From positions 10,923 through 74,922 of the forward strand of contig DGQA01000031.1 of the NCBI GenBank assembly GCA_002390705.1: 64,000 nt of DNA, in the 5' to 3' direction. This DNA comes from Actinobacteria bacterium UBA4426. Its GTDB lineage: Bacteria; Actinomycetota; Actinomycetes; S36-B12. Numbering within the stretch: position 1 is the stretch's first letter; each line of letters opens with the position of its first letter. A model generated the notes under the pieces. That model worked only from the letters and a program-made list of their open reading frames with translations, was not told where the DNA came from and searched no databases. A program made the position numbers and the translations under genes. Shown here piece after piece: positions 25,248-34,746 of the stretch.

Positions 25248-26381
25248 GTGTCTTTCACCCTCAACATAAATGGCGACCGATGGCGTACTCACTTGCGCTC
25301 TGTTGTCAATGCAATCACTACCACCAGCGGCAGTTCACCCGTTCCGGTAGTCAAAGGAAATGGTTACGGAATTGGCCAAGAATTACTCGGTGCAACCGCC
25401 ATGGAACTTGGTGCTGACACAATCGCGGTGGGAACCGTGTTTGAAATCGAGTCGGTTGTCAGTGTCACTCAAGGTGACATTGTCGTGCTTCAACCATTTG
25501 ATTCACGTGACGCCGGAGCCGCCGCTAAATGGTGGGAAATCAGCAAGAAGTTTTATTCCGGTCGCATTATTCGCACCGTCGCAACTCTTGAGGCGCTTAA
25601 TGAACTAATCACCGGATCTAGTGGTGTCCGCGTGATCATTGAGGCCCGCAGCTCTATGGTTCGTTTTGGTTTGACAGAACCCGAACTTATTGGCGTCCTG
25701 GGAAACGCCGATATTCGAGCCGCGCTTGCGACCGGGCAATTTTTTATTGAAGGAATTTCAGTCCACCTGCCCATTGAGCGCTCAGCCCCTGATTCACATG
25801 CCGTTGAAGTCATGCGATGGGCTGGGTTGTGGGAAGCGGAGACTGCGGTTTGGGAGGGCCACTCGCCCCCAGCTCCTGTGATATGGGTTTCCCATTGCAG
25901 TGACGCCGAACTTTCAACTATCCGCCAGAGTGTGAGCGAGTTGATCGTTCGAATGCGCGTTGGAACTCGACTATGGCTTGGTGATCGCTCGACACTTTCT
26001 GCGTCGGGCACCGTGTTAGCTGTGCACCCACTTTCTGAAGGTGTGAAGGTCGGCTACCGTCAACGAAAATCCGGAAAAAATGCCACATTGGTTGTGGTGA
26101 GTGGAGGTACCGCCAACGGGATTGGTTTGAGTGCACCTTCCCCCACTACATCCTTGCGCCAACGAGTTACTTCATTTGGAGTCGGTGCACTCGATGCGGC
26201 CGGAAGATCGATGTCTCCATTTAGTCTGGGAGGGAAGCAAAGGTGGTTCGCCGAACCCCCACACCAACATGTTTCGATGCTCTGGATGAACAGCGAATCT
26301 GTCCTACCGGAGGTTGGGTCTCAGGTCAGCGCCGAGGTTCGATTTACAACCTCACGTTTTGACGCTGTCTTTATTGACTGA
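25248..26381 (+). CDS. Alanine-racemase-like fold-type III PLP protein (divergent)
   Basis: VVKGNGYGIG aligns with the Alr PLP-lysine motif VVKANAYGHG. KVGYRQRK...VVVSGGTANGIG aligns with KVSYGATY...IPIGYADGW. In my hand alignment the second catalytic residue (Tyr of GYADG) is Thr. GTG start. Confidence 0.6.
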   Translation: MSFTLNINGDRWRTHLRSVVNAITTTSGSSPVPVVKGNGYGIGQELLGATAMELGADTIAVGTVFEIESVVSVTQGDIVVLQPFDSRDAGAAAKWWEISKKFYSGRIIRTVATLEALNELITGSSGVRVIIEARSSMVRFGLTEPELIGVLGNADIRAALATGQFFIEGISVHLPIERSAPDSHAVEVMRWAGLWEAETAVWEGHSPPAPVIWVSHCSDAELSTIRQSVSELIVRMRVGTRLWLGDRSTLSASGTVLAVHPLSEGVKVGYRQRKSGKNATLVVVSGGTANGIGLSAPSPTTSLRQRVTSFGVGALDAAGRSMSPFSLGGKQRWFAEPPHQHVSMLWMNSESVLPEVGSQVSAEVRFTTSRFDAVFID

Positions 26382-27658
26382 TCATTCCGGGAGGAAATGT
26401 CGAAAACAATCCATATTGCAAAGTACACAGTTACCCCAATGTGCACGAAGGTTGCTGCGGCATATAACTCTGGCGTAAGAGTTCTCGCATCATCGATTCC
26501 GTAGCCAGCCAGGAACCACCAGATCGCTGCGAAGTAGATAGCTTCGCCGAACTGCCAGATCAGAAAGTCCCGCCAATTTGGTCGGGCCAAGACGGCAAGT
26601 GGAACAAGCCAAAGAACGTATTGCGGCGAATAAACCTTGTTTGTGATTACAAAAGCCGCAAGAATGAGGAATGAAACCTGCGCAATTGTTGGAACAGTAG
26701 GCGCTTTCCTCACCAAAATCGCTATCGCTAACAGCAAAATCGTAAATATTGCGGTCGAAGCAAAATTGAGCAGGTTCTCGGGAACTGTTGGCAACCCAAT
26801 TTGGGTGATGGCGTACCAGAAAGATCCGAAGTCAATTGCTCGATTGAAATTGAATGTATAGAAAGCCGCCCAGCCTTCAAAGTGTGCGATTGCGAACGGG
26901 ATGTTAATCGCAAGGAAGGTCCCAATTGCCGTCACAATCATGATCAGTGTGGGTCGCCAAGATGCTGTTCGCCACGCTAAAAACACGAAAGCTACCAGTA
27001 AGAAAACCGGATAAAATTTGCAGACAATCGCTAGGCCGAGGAAAACACCCGTGAGAAAGGCTTTGTCTTTGGACCATGCCAAAAATGCAAGCGCAACCAG
27101 AGCAATCGGGACGAGGTCCCAGTTGATTGTTGACGCAAGGATCATGGTGGGTGCAAAAACCACCATCGCTGCCCGCCACGGATATCTTGGTTGGGTTAAC
27201 GCGGTTGCAATTACTGTGATCACAAATGGAATAAACAACAACACGATATTTACATCAAAAAATGCTCGGTAGCCGTCGGGGTAAAATGAAGTGACCCACC
27301 CGGTGAGGACGGCGGCGATATATATAAATATTCCAGTACCCACTGGATACTCCAGATAGATACCGTTTGACCCGGCTTGAAGATAAGGAAAGATACCCTC
27401 GATAAACCCGCGGTCAGCGTAAAGAGCGGGTATGTCGGAGTAGCACAGGTGCATGTATCGCTGCGGATCTATCCAACCGTCCATAACACATGAAAAGTCG
27501 AGTAAATAGCCAAATGAATAGGTGACGGCCGCCAAAAAAATCAACACGTAGAGTGGTGGTAAAAGTGTGTAGCCTCGATTCGCGAGCTGACCAAATGGCC
27601 CGCCCACACGTTCAGAGATTTTTGAGTCGCTCACGGGTGAATTATGGTCTGCCTTCAT
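26321..27658 (-). CDS. Polytopic GT-C-type membrane glycosyltransferase-like protein (DUF2029/GT87-like, Rv0051-like position next to ponA)
   Basis: About 12 predicted TM segments, with YSDIPALYADRGFIEGIFPYLQ...LEYPVGTG in the first loop. It occupies the conserved position downstream of ponA. The start is uncertain: ATG at 27658 (17-nt overlap with ponA) or GTG at 27634. Confidence 0.55.
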   Translation of the reverse strand: MKADHNSPVSDSKISERVGGPFGQLANRGYTLLPPLYVLIFLAAVTYSFGYLLDFSCVMDGWIDPQRYMHLCYSDIPALYADRGFIEGIFPYLQAGSNGIYLEYPVGTGIFIYIAAVLTGWVTSFYPDGYRAFFDVNIVLLFIPFVITVIATALTQPRYPWRAAMVVFAPTMILASTINWDLVPIALVALAFLAWSKDKAFLTGVFLGLAIVCKFYPVFLLVAFVFLAWRTASWRPTLIMIVTAIGTFLAINIPFAIAHFEGWAAFYTFNFNRAIDFGSFWYAITQIGLPTVPENLLNFASTAIFTILLLAIAILVRKAPTVPTIAQVSFLILAAFVITNKVYSPQYVLWLVPLAVLARPNWRDFLIWQFGEAIYFAAIWWFLAGYGIDDARTLTPELYAAATFVHIGVTVYFAIWIVFDISSRNDQSIKTASKREVVNRTSALT

Positions 27659-29798
27659 CAATCGGTTGATCTGTCGGAGCCGGTTCGGGGCCAAACTCGT
27701 TTATCGGCTGCTCGACCGGTGCTGGATCTACCGCTGCCGGGTCAGATTCGGTGTTTTCGGGACCAAACTCGTTCACAACTTCAGGGATTGGACAGCCGAG
27801 AGGGATCTCTTCAAGATCTGTCTCAATAAAGTCTGGGCAGTCAATCGGCGACAGTGCTTCATCCGGTGGTGCTTGGAAGTTAACCACCGGCTGTTTTTTG
27901 AGTGAGCCCCTCATGAACGCGGTCCAGATTGCGGCCGGAAAAGAGCCACCGGTGACAGTGCCTAATCCACCGGTCCCCGACATTGAGATTGGCATGCCAC
28001 TTGAGTCCTCTTTCGCCATGAGGACAGCTGCGGAGATTTGTGGTGTGTATCCGGCAAACCAAGCACTCTTGTTGTCGTCAGTCGTTCCGGTCTTAGCTGC
28101 TGCTGGACGATCAAGGGCGAGAGCGGCTTTAGCCGTCCCACTTGTGACAACTTTGTTCAAACTGTAATTCACTGTATTAGCAACTTCGGTACTAAACGCT
28201 GTAGTGAGTAATGGCTCGTATTGATAAATCAATCCACCATTGGGACCGAAAACTTGCTTAATGAATGTGGTAGTGCTTCGAACCCCTTCGTTGGCAAATG
28301 TCGCATACGCATTTGCCATGTCTAAGCCGGATGGTGATCCGGTCCCCAGAACAAATGTCAGGTCAGGTGATTCAAGGTTGAGACCGGGAGTTGTCTCTGG
28401 GATGCCTGCGGCAAGTGCTGCGTCCGCGACATTACGGACTCCTATTTCGGAGGTGAGTTCAACGTAGGCAGAGTTGATGCTTAGTTCGGTTGCTTGTAAT
28501 AGAGACACCACACCGTAGGAATTATCTCCATAGTTATTTAAGGTGTAATCATTTACAGTTGCTGGGGAGTTTCCATTCCAAAGTGAATTTAGAGGTAAGC
28601 CCTGCTCGAGCGCTGATGCGAGTGCGAATGGTTTGAATGTGGAACCTGCCTGAGCGAACTGTCGCGTTGCGTTATTGATTTGATCGGTGATGAAGTCCGT
28701 ACCGCCGTACATAGCGAGCACCTCACCGCTACCAGGCCTTACCGCCGCGAGTCCGATTCGTAATCCTTGTGTCCCTGAAGTTGGTCCTTGATTTTTTACC
28801 GCGCGCTGTGCGGAGCGTTGAGCCTTACGGTTAAAAGAACTTACAATTTTCAGACCACCTCGTTGAATTTCCGTTTCCGTATAGCCTTGGGCCAACAACT
28901 GTTGCTCAACAGCAGTGAGTAGGAATCCGACCTGACCCCCAAGTCGATCTTTTTGTTTGAAAGGAATAATCTCAGGAAAAATTGCCGCATCACGTTGAGC
29001 CTGGGTGATGTCCCCCAATACCGACATGGAGTCCAGGACGTAGGACCACCGTGCTTTGAGACCACTGAGATTGTCTTCGGGGTTGAGACCGGATGGTGAT
29101 TTGATTACTGATGCGAGCACAGCTCCTTCTATGTAATCAAGTTCATTGACTGACTTGTTAAAGTATGCGACCGCAGCTGCTTCGATTCCATTTGCATTTC
29201 TACCGAAGTAAATCGTGTTGAGGTAGTCCTGAAGAATTTGTTCTTTGGAGATTACTGTTTCCAATTTGAAGGCAAGCAGTGCTTCATTTATTTTCCGCTT
29301 CCAAGTACGGTCTTGGGTAAGGAAAGCGATCTTGGCGTACTGTTGGGTGATTGTGGACCCACCTTGGGTGCTGCCCCCGGTCAAGTTATTGAGTGCAGCG
29401 CGGGCGATACCAATCGGTGAAATTCCACCGTGGTTATAAAAGTCTCGGTCTTCAGCTGCAAGGACCGCTTGTTGTATGTCCTCCGGAATGTCCGATAGGA
29501 GGACTGACCGCCGAGTGGACTCACCCAGTCGCCCGATTTCATTTGACCCGCCTGAGTAATAGACCACTGTGGCTTCGCTTGTGGCCAGGTCATTCGGACT
29601 TGGTACTTCGGTGCGTGCCAAGACAACGGCTAAAAATGTTGCGCCAATGGCCGTAAGGAAGATCAATGTCCACAAGATCCGCCGAAGCCAGCGACGGCGC
29701 CACAAAGGCGCGCGCTGCTCGCTTGATGTGCTCCGCTTAGTCGGCTTCTTTATTGCCGTCTTCTTACTCGCGGAGCCCTTCTGTGTAGGGGAGCTCAC
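27642..29798 (-). CDS. ponA: Class A penicillin-binding protein (bifunctional transglycosylase/transpeptidase, PBP1A)
   Basis: GT51 motifs AAEDRDFYNHGGISP and GGSTITQQYAK. Transpeptidase motifs STFKP, SINS and KTGTT. N-terminal TM anchor and a Pro-rich C-terminal tail with a duplicated NEFGPE. Confidence 0.9.
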   Translation of the reverse strand: MSSPTQKGSASKKTAIKKPTKRSTSSEQRAPLWRRRWLRRILWTLIFLTAIGATFLAVVLARTEVPSPNDLATSEATVVYYSGGSNEIGRLGESTRRSVLLSDIPEDIQQAVLAAEDRDFYNHGGISPIGIARAALNNLTGGSTQGGSTITQQYAKIAFLTQDRTWKRKINEALLAFKLETVISKEQILQDYLNTIYFGRNANGIEAAAVAYFNKSVNELDYIEGAVLASVIKSPSGLNPEDNLSGLKARWSYVLDSMSVLGDITQAQRDAAIFPEIIPFKQKDRLGGQVGFLLTAVEQQLLAQGYTETEIQRGGLKIVSSFNRKAQRSAQRAVKNQGPTSGTQGLRIGLAAVRPGSGEVLAMYGGTDFITDQINNATRQFAQAGSTFKPFALASALEQGLPLNSLWNGNSPATVNDYTLNNYGDNSYGVVSLLQATELSINSAYVELTSEIGVRNVADAALAAGIPETTPGLNLESPDLTFVLGTGSPSGLDMANAYATFANEGVRSTTTFIKQVFGPNGGLIYQYEPLLTTAFSTEVANTVNYSLNKVVTSGTAKAALALDRPAAAKTGTTDDNKSAWFAGYTPQISAAVLMAKEDSSGMPISMSGTGGLGTVTGGSFPAAIWTAFMRGSLKKQPVVNFQAPPDEALSPIDCPDFIETDLEEIPLGCPIPEVVNEFGPENTESDPAAVDPAPVEQPINEFGPEPAPTDQPIDEGRP

Positions 29799-29841
29799 TT
29801 GTGTCCTATCGGGGAAGGGGACAGCTTCGGTCTACCAGGTC

Positions 29842-30360
29842 CTAGTCCAACAGATCTTCTGCTGGAATAGACGGCACGGCGCGCCGTGGAGTTCCATCTC
29901 CGAGTGAAAATTTTCGGAGAAGGTAGTTCCAATGGCAGTCGGGACACACTTCTACAACGTACACACGAAACTCACCAAATTTGTTGCACATGCCGGGTAA
30001 TTCGCTGGCTTTGCGGATTCTTCCGGCATAGGGTCCAAGTTCATCACCGTAGATGTAGTTCAATTCCACAAGTTTTTTTCCCTTGCAGGCTGGGCAGTTG
30101 CCCGTTGCTTTCTCTCCATGGAACTTTGCGGCCTTGAGGAGATAGGGGTCCGCTTCGCAAAAATCGCTGCTCAGAGCACCACCACGATGCAGATTTGTAA
30201 TATCTGCGGCCCGGGAAAGTCCATAATCCACCACATTGCGTGGTTTTTTTGGGTCAGAGACTGGTTCAGGTGATGGTAAAGGCCCCCGTTTGGGTATTTT
30301 CTTGCTCGAATCGCCACGGGCAACTCGACCACGGACACTTTCCCTGCGCATCTGGGCCAT
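29842..30360 (-). CDS. DUF5318-family protein (Rv0049-like), putative zinc-ribbon protein
   Basis: The likely start is MAQMRRESV (ATG at 30360). It has two CxxC pairs (CPACKG, CPDCHW) and occupies the conserved position between ponA and padR/ino1, as in other Actinomycetota. Confidence 0.65.
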   Translation of the reverse strand: MAQMRRESVRGRVARGDSSKKIPKRGPLPSPEPVSDPKKPRNVVDYGLSRAADITNLHRGGALSSDFCEADPYLLKAAKFHGEKATGNCPACKGKKLVELNYIYGDELGPYAGRIRKASELPGMCNKFGEFRVYVVEVCPDCHWNYLLRKFSLGDGTPRRAVPSIPAEDLLD

Positions 30361-30406
30361 GGTTGAGTGTAAACCCATTGAACACTTCGGGGTAACCGCA
30401 CATTAG

Positions 30407-30425
30407 ATATATCGATCCGATATAT
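30407..30425. promoter_or_regulatory. Perfect 8-bp inverted repeat, candidate PadR operator
   Basis: ATATATCG (30407-30414), then atc, then CGATATAT (30418-30425). It lies in the divergent DUF5318/padR intergenic region and ends 8 nt before the padR ATG. Confidence 0.4.
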
Positions 30426-30433
30426 TGCGCTAC

Positions 30434-31003
30434 ATGAGTAGCCGCCGCGACGTGTTGAGTTTTGCCATCCTTGGTGTACTCGGCGATGGCCCCCAGCATG
30501 GTTATGAATTACGGAAAAGCTTGACCACCATCCTCGGCCCGTTTCGGGCACTTTCTTATGGCTCTCTGTATCCCGCTCTCAAGCGAATGTATACCGCGAG
30601 ATTAATTGAAGAGGAATCACTGACTCCCGCCACGCAAAGTAACGCGCCAGTACTTTCCGGCAAACGTGCCCGAATCGTGTATGCCATCACAGCTGAAGGT
30701 AAAGAGGTTTTTGGTGAATGGGCAAATAAGCCTGGACCTGAAGCGTGGGAAGACGAAGGATTCGCCGCGCACCTTGCTTTCTTTTCTGCAACCGAAGCAC
30801 GCACCCGGCTTCGCATCCTTGAAGGTCGCCGCTCGCGCCTTGAAGAACGGGTAGATGTATTACGTGACTCGCTCACCCGTAGTAAAGAGCGGGTTGACGC
30901 CTACACACTTCAACTACAGCAACATGGACTTGAAGGAGCTGAGCGCGAAGTGCGTTGGCTTACCGAATTAATTGATCAAGAGAAAGTAACCCAGGAGAGG
31001 TAA
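30434..31003 (+). CDS. PadR-family transcriptional regulator
   Basis: MSSRRDVLSFAILGVLGDGPQHGYELRKSL...SYGSLYPALKRM is the PadR winged-helix signature. It lies immediately upstream of ino1. Confidence 0.85.
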   Translation: MSSRRDVLSFAILGVLGDGPQHGYELRKSLTTILGPFRALSYGSLYPALKRMYTARLIEEESLTPATQSNAPVLSGKRARIVYAITAEGKEVFGEWANKPGPEAWEDEGFAAHLAFFSATEARTRLRILEGRRSRLEERVDVLRDSLTRSKERVDAYTLQLQQHGLEGAEREVRWLTELIDQEKVTQER

Positions 31004-31006
31004 GAA

Positions 31007-32101
31007 ATGAGTGCACAATCCGGCGGAGAGATCCGTGTAGCAATTGTTGGTGTTGGAAACTGTGCTACATCCTTGATCCAAGGTGTGGAGTACTACAAGA
31101 ATGCCAAGGCTGATGAGTTTATCCCCGGACTCATGCACGTTCAGTTTGGCCCCTACCACGTGAGTGACGTTAAATTCGTTGTTGCCTTTGATGTTGACTC
31201 CAAAAAAGTCGGCCTCGACCTCGCCGATGCAATCGGTGCATCTGAGAACAACACAATTAAGTTGTGTGACGTCCCCACTACCGGCGTCACAGTGTCACGT
31301 GGCCACACACTGGATGGACTTGGTAAGTACTACCGGGAAACCATCACCGAGTCTGACGCTGACGAGGTAGACGTGGTTCAGGCTCTCAAAGACGCACAGG
31401 TCGATATTGTTGTGTGTTACCTACCCGTTGGTTCAGAAGATGCGGCCAAGTTCTACGCACAATGCGCAATTGATGCGGGTTGCGGATTTGTTAACGCCCT
31501 ACCTGTCTTTATTGCTGGCACACCCGAGTGGGCTAAGAAGTTTGAAGATGCCGGTCTGCCGATTGTTGGTGACGACATTAAAAGCCAAGTAGGAGCAACA
31601 ATTACCCATCGCGTACTGGCTAAATTGTTCGAAGACCGTGGAGTGATTGTCGACCGCACCTACCAACTCAATGTTGGTGGGAACATGGACTTTAAGAACA
31701 TGCTTGAGCGTGATCGCCTTGAATCTAAGAAGATTTCGAAGACCCAATCGGTGACTTCTCAGCTCTCACATGACCTAGGTGAGAGAAATGTTCATATCGG
31801 TCCTTCGGACTACATTGCCTGGCTTGATGACCGTAAATGGGCATTTGTTCGCCTTGAAGGTCGTGCATTCGGCGACGTCCCTTTGAATCTTGAGTACAAG
31901 CTCGAGGTGTGGGATTCACCCAACAGTGCTGGCGTAATCATTGACGCTGTCCGTGCAGCGAAAATTGCTATGGATCGCAAGGTTGGTGGCCCGATTCTTT
32001 CGGCATCCAGCTATTTCATGAAATCACCGCCTGTCCAATACAGCGACTCAGATGCAAAGCAGGCCGTCGAAGACTTTATCGCCGGCACCATCGAAAAATA
32101 G
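31007..32101 (+). CDS. ino1: myo-Inositol-1-phosphate synthase
   Basis: [22 protein letters not shown]...VVCYLPVGS...[15 protein letters not shown] matches actinobacterial Ino1. Confidence 0.9.
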   Translation: MSAQSGGEIRVAIVGVGNCATSLIQGVEYYKNAKADEFIPGLMHVQFGPYHVSDVKFVVAFDVDSKKVGLDLADAIGASENNTIKLCDVPTTGVTVSRGHTLDGLGKYYRETITESDADEVDVVQALKDAQVDIVVCYLPVGSEDAAKFYAQCAIDAGCGFVNALPVFIAGTPEWAKKFEDAGLPIVGDDIKSQVGATITHRVLAKLFEDRGVIVDRTYQLNVGGNMDFKNMLERDRLESKKISKTQSVTSQLSHDLGERNVHIGPSDYIAWLDDRKWAFVRLEGRAFGDVPLNLEYKLEVWDSPNSAGVIIDAVRAAKIAMDRKVGGPILSASSYFMKSPPVQYSDSDAKQAVEDFIAGTIEK

Positions 32102-32129
32102 TTTTTCCGTAACAGGTAGCGTCGGCACC

Positions 32130-33410
32130 ATGCAGGCGCTACCGATTGTTCGGGAGCTGCTTCACAGGAAAGATTTTCGGGCGCTTTACAGCACCAGGTT
32201 AGTTGGTCAGTTCGGGGACGGTTTCTTCCAAGCAGCCCTTGCCTCATTCGTTCTTTTTTCACCAGAGCGTGAACCGAATGCCGCCGCAATCGCCGTGGCA
32301 TTCGGTATTTTACTACTTCCTTATTCCTTGATCGGTCCGTTTGCCGGAGTCTTTTTGGACAGATGGTCGCGCCGTAATATTTTAGTTCGAGCAAACCTAC
32401 TCAAAGCTATACTCACGATTCCGGTAATCGCCGCCGTCCTTGTTGGTGATGAATCAGTTTTTCTTGGGTTTTCTGTTTTGGTGGTTCTTGGTGTAGGCAG
32501 ATTTATTTTGGCAGGTTTATCCGCATCCCTGCCCCACGTTGTGGCCGGGAAAGAACTCATCACTGCAAATGCTTTGACACCTACTTCAGGAACGATTGCT
32601 TTCGTTATTGGTGCAACGACTGGTTTAGGAATCCGAGAAATATTTGGTGGTGGTGATCCTGGAAGTGTCGCACTCCTTCTATTTTCAATGGGCACATTTG
32701 TTTCGGCAGCTCTGATTTCCCGAACGTTTGGTGTCCTTGCTTTGGGGCCATCTCACCGATTGAGCCACACAATGGTGGAGTCGCTTCGAAGTGTCACCGG
32801 TGATCTAGCTTCCGGGGCTCGTACCCTGCACTCACACCCAAATGCTGCCAGGGCCTTAATGCTCGTTGTCATTAACCGGGTGTCATTTGGGGTAATAATC
32901 AGCGGATCACTCTTGCTCCTGCGCAACACATTCCATCAGAGCATCAACGCCAATGCAGCCCTCGCAGACTTTGTGGTTCTCTCCGGTTGCGCGGCGACCG
33001 CAGCGCTCATCGCTGCGATTCTGACACCGTGGGTAACCCGGAAGATTGGGATTCCCCACTGGTCGGCAATCACCGTAGGCCAGGCCTCAATTGGCATGCT
33101 GATATTCGCTTTCGGTGCTTCTGGTCAAAACTTTCCGTTGCTGCTCCTCGCCGGATTTAGCCTCGGTTTCGCAGGTCAAGCGGTCAAAGTGTGCTCGGAC
33201 ACAGTGATTCAAAAACAAATCCCAGATACCAGCCTAGGTCGGGTATTTGCACTATTCGACATGAGTGTCAATGTTGCATTGGTTGTAGGAATTATCACGG
33301 TGGCGGTACTCTCTCCCGTAAATGGTGTTGCTCCGATCCTTTATCTGGGTGTTGGTGTCGGATTGGCGTTGGCTAGTTATTGGTACTGGCGCACCGATCG
33401 CACCCACTAA
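32130..33410 (+). CDS. MFS transporter
   Basis: The start is MQALPIVRELLHRKDFRALYSTRLVGQFGDGFFQ. It has about 12 TM segments and the MFS loop motif FLDRWSRR. The ORF-track start at 32052 overlaps ino1. Confidence 0.8.
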   Translation: MQALPIVRELLHRKDFRALYSTRLVGQFGDGFFQAALASFVLFSPEREPNAAAIAVAFGILLLPYSLIGPFAGVFLDRWSRRNILVRANLLKAILTIPVIAAVLVGDESVFLGFSVLVVLGVGRFILAGLSASLPHVVAGKELITANALTPTSGTIAFVIGATTGLGIREIFGGGDPGSVALLLFSMGTFVSAALISRTFGVLALGPSHRLSHTMVESLRSVTGDLASGARTLHSHPNAARALMLVVINRVSFGVIISGSLLLLRNTFHQSINANAALADFVVLSGCAATAALIAAILTPWVTRKIGIPHWSAITVGQASIGMLIFAFGASGQNFPLLLLAGFSLGFAGQAVKVCSDTVIQKQIPDTSLGRVFALFDMSVNVALVVGIITVAVLSPVNGVAPILYLGVGVGLALASYWYWRTDRTH

Positions 33411-33477
33411 GCCACATGCAACTGTGACTTTAAAGTTCTCACCTATTTCTTCCTACAAGGTCGTGTAGGATTTTTGT

Positions 33478-34746
33478 ATGTCCAGTACAGCTACAGACCA
33501 GTATCAGCGCAGTCCAGTGACACGGGATCGAGTCCGTCCGCGAACTATTTTCTCGGTCATAGTTTTCGTGCTCGCAACGGTTCTCACTCCTGTAGCTGTT
33601 GCCGGGAACTGGGCTCACACCACAATTTTGGATACCGAGCGGTACATCGAAACCGTTGGTCCAATTGCTAGTAGCCCTGAAGTACAAGAAGCTTTCGCCG
33701 GTATTGTCACCGACGCAATCGTGGACCAGATTGATACTGAGTCACTGGTGGGTGACTTCCTCGGTGGAATTCTACCGAGCAACCCGTTAACCGATCGACT
33801 TGCCGGACCCTTAGCAACCGGGATTAATGGTTTGATCGGTCAAGCCGTTGACTCTTTCGTTTCTTCCGATTTATTCACCAACGCGTGGATAAAACTCAAC
33901 ACCGCAGCCCAAAAAGGCCTGGTTGCGATCTTAAAAAATGAGCCAAGTGGTCCAATCGAGATTCAGGGCGACGACGTGGTCTTAAATCTCGACACAATCA
34001 TTGAGCTTGCCCAACAAAGATTAGTCGATGAGGGGATTTCGTTCGCTGCCAATATCACTATTCCACCCACGGACAAGCAATTTGTGTTGATGACCGCTCC
34101 AGCTTTAAATCAGGCCCGAATTTTCTATTCGTTCTCAGCACCAATTCTCACTTGGGTCTTAGTGATAGTGGCAGCAATGTTCGTGCTCGCAATTTTGCTC
34201 GCTCGCCGGAGAGCGCGGACAACGGTTGCCGTGGGAATTGCAGTTCTTGGTTCATCCCTTGTGCTGTACGCCATGATTACTTTTGGTGAAGGAATAGTCA
34301 CTAATCAATTTGAGGGTAGTGTCTTTGAGGGTGCAGTGGTCGTTGTCTACCAAAACTTCCTGAACTATCTTGTTTCAGGATTACAAGCCTTACTCGCCCT
34401 TAGTGTGATCGTGATTGCGGGCGGTTGGCTGGCTGGTCGAACTAACTCTGCAAATTACGTGCGCGGCCTCCTCACACGCGGCCTCACGGGGATTGCCGAT
34501 CACACTGGTTGGGATACGGGAGTGAAGCTCTCGCCATACGCCCCGATTATCCGCTGGGTTATTGTGTGTACTTGGTTGTTCGTGCTACTCGGTAGCACGC
34601 TCCTTGGCACCTTTAATGGGGTTTTATTCACACTACTTATCGCGGCAGTATGGACCGGGTTGGAGATCCTTATCCGCGCTCGGACCACCAAAGAAGAAGC
34701 CGTTCCTGAGCCAGTTGAGGTGCCAAAGGCCCCTGATCAAGCCTGA
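33478..34746 (+). CDS. Integral membrane protein of unknown function
   Basis: 422 aa with an N-terminal TM, an extracytoplasmic region of about 190 aa, and then four or more TM segments. I recognise no motif. Confidence 0.55.
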   Translation: MSSTATDQYQRSPVTRDRVRPRTIFSVIVFVLATVLTPVAVAGNWAHTTILDTERYIETVGPIASSPEVQEAFAGIVTDAIVDQIDTESLVGDFLGGILPSNPLTDRLAGPLATGINGLIGQAVDSFVSSDLFTNAWIKLNTAAQKGLVAILKNEPSGPIEIQGDDVVLNLDTIIELAQQRLVDEGISFAANITIPPTDKQFVLMTAPALNQARIFYSFSAPILTWVLVIVAAMFVLAILLARRRARTTVAVGIAVLGSSLVLYAMITFGEGIVTNQFEGSVFEGAVVVVYQNFLNYLVSGLQALLALSVIVIAGGWLAGRTNSANYVRGLLTRGLTGIADHTGWDTGVKLSPYAPIIRWVIVCTWLFVLLGSTLLGTFNGVLFTLLIAAVWTGLEILIRARTTKEEAVPEPVEVPKAPDQA

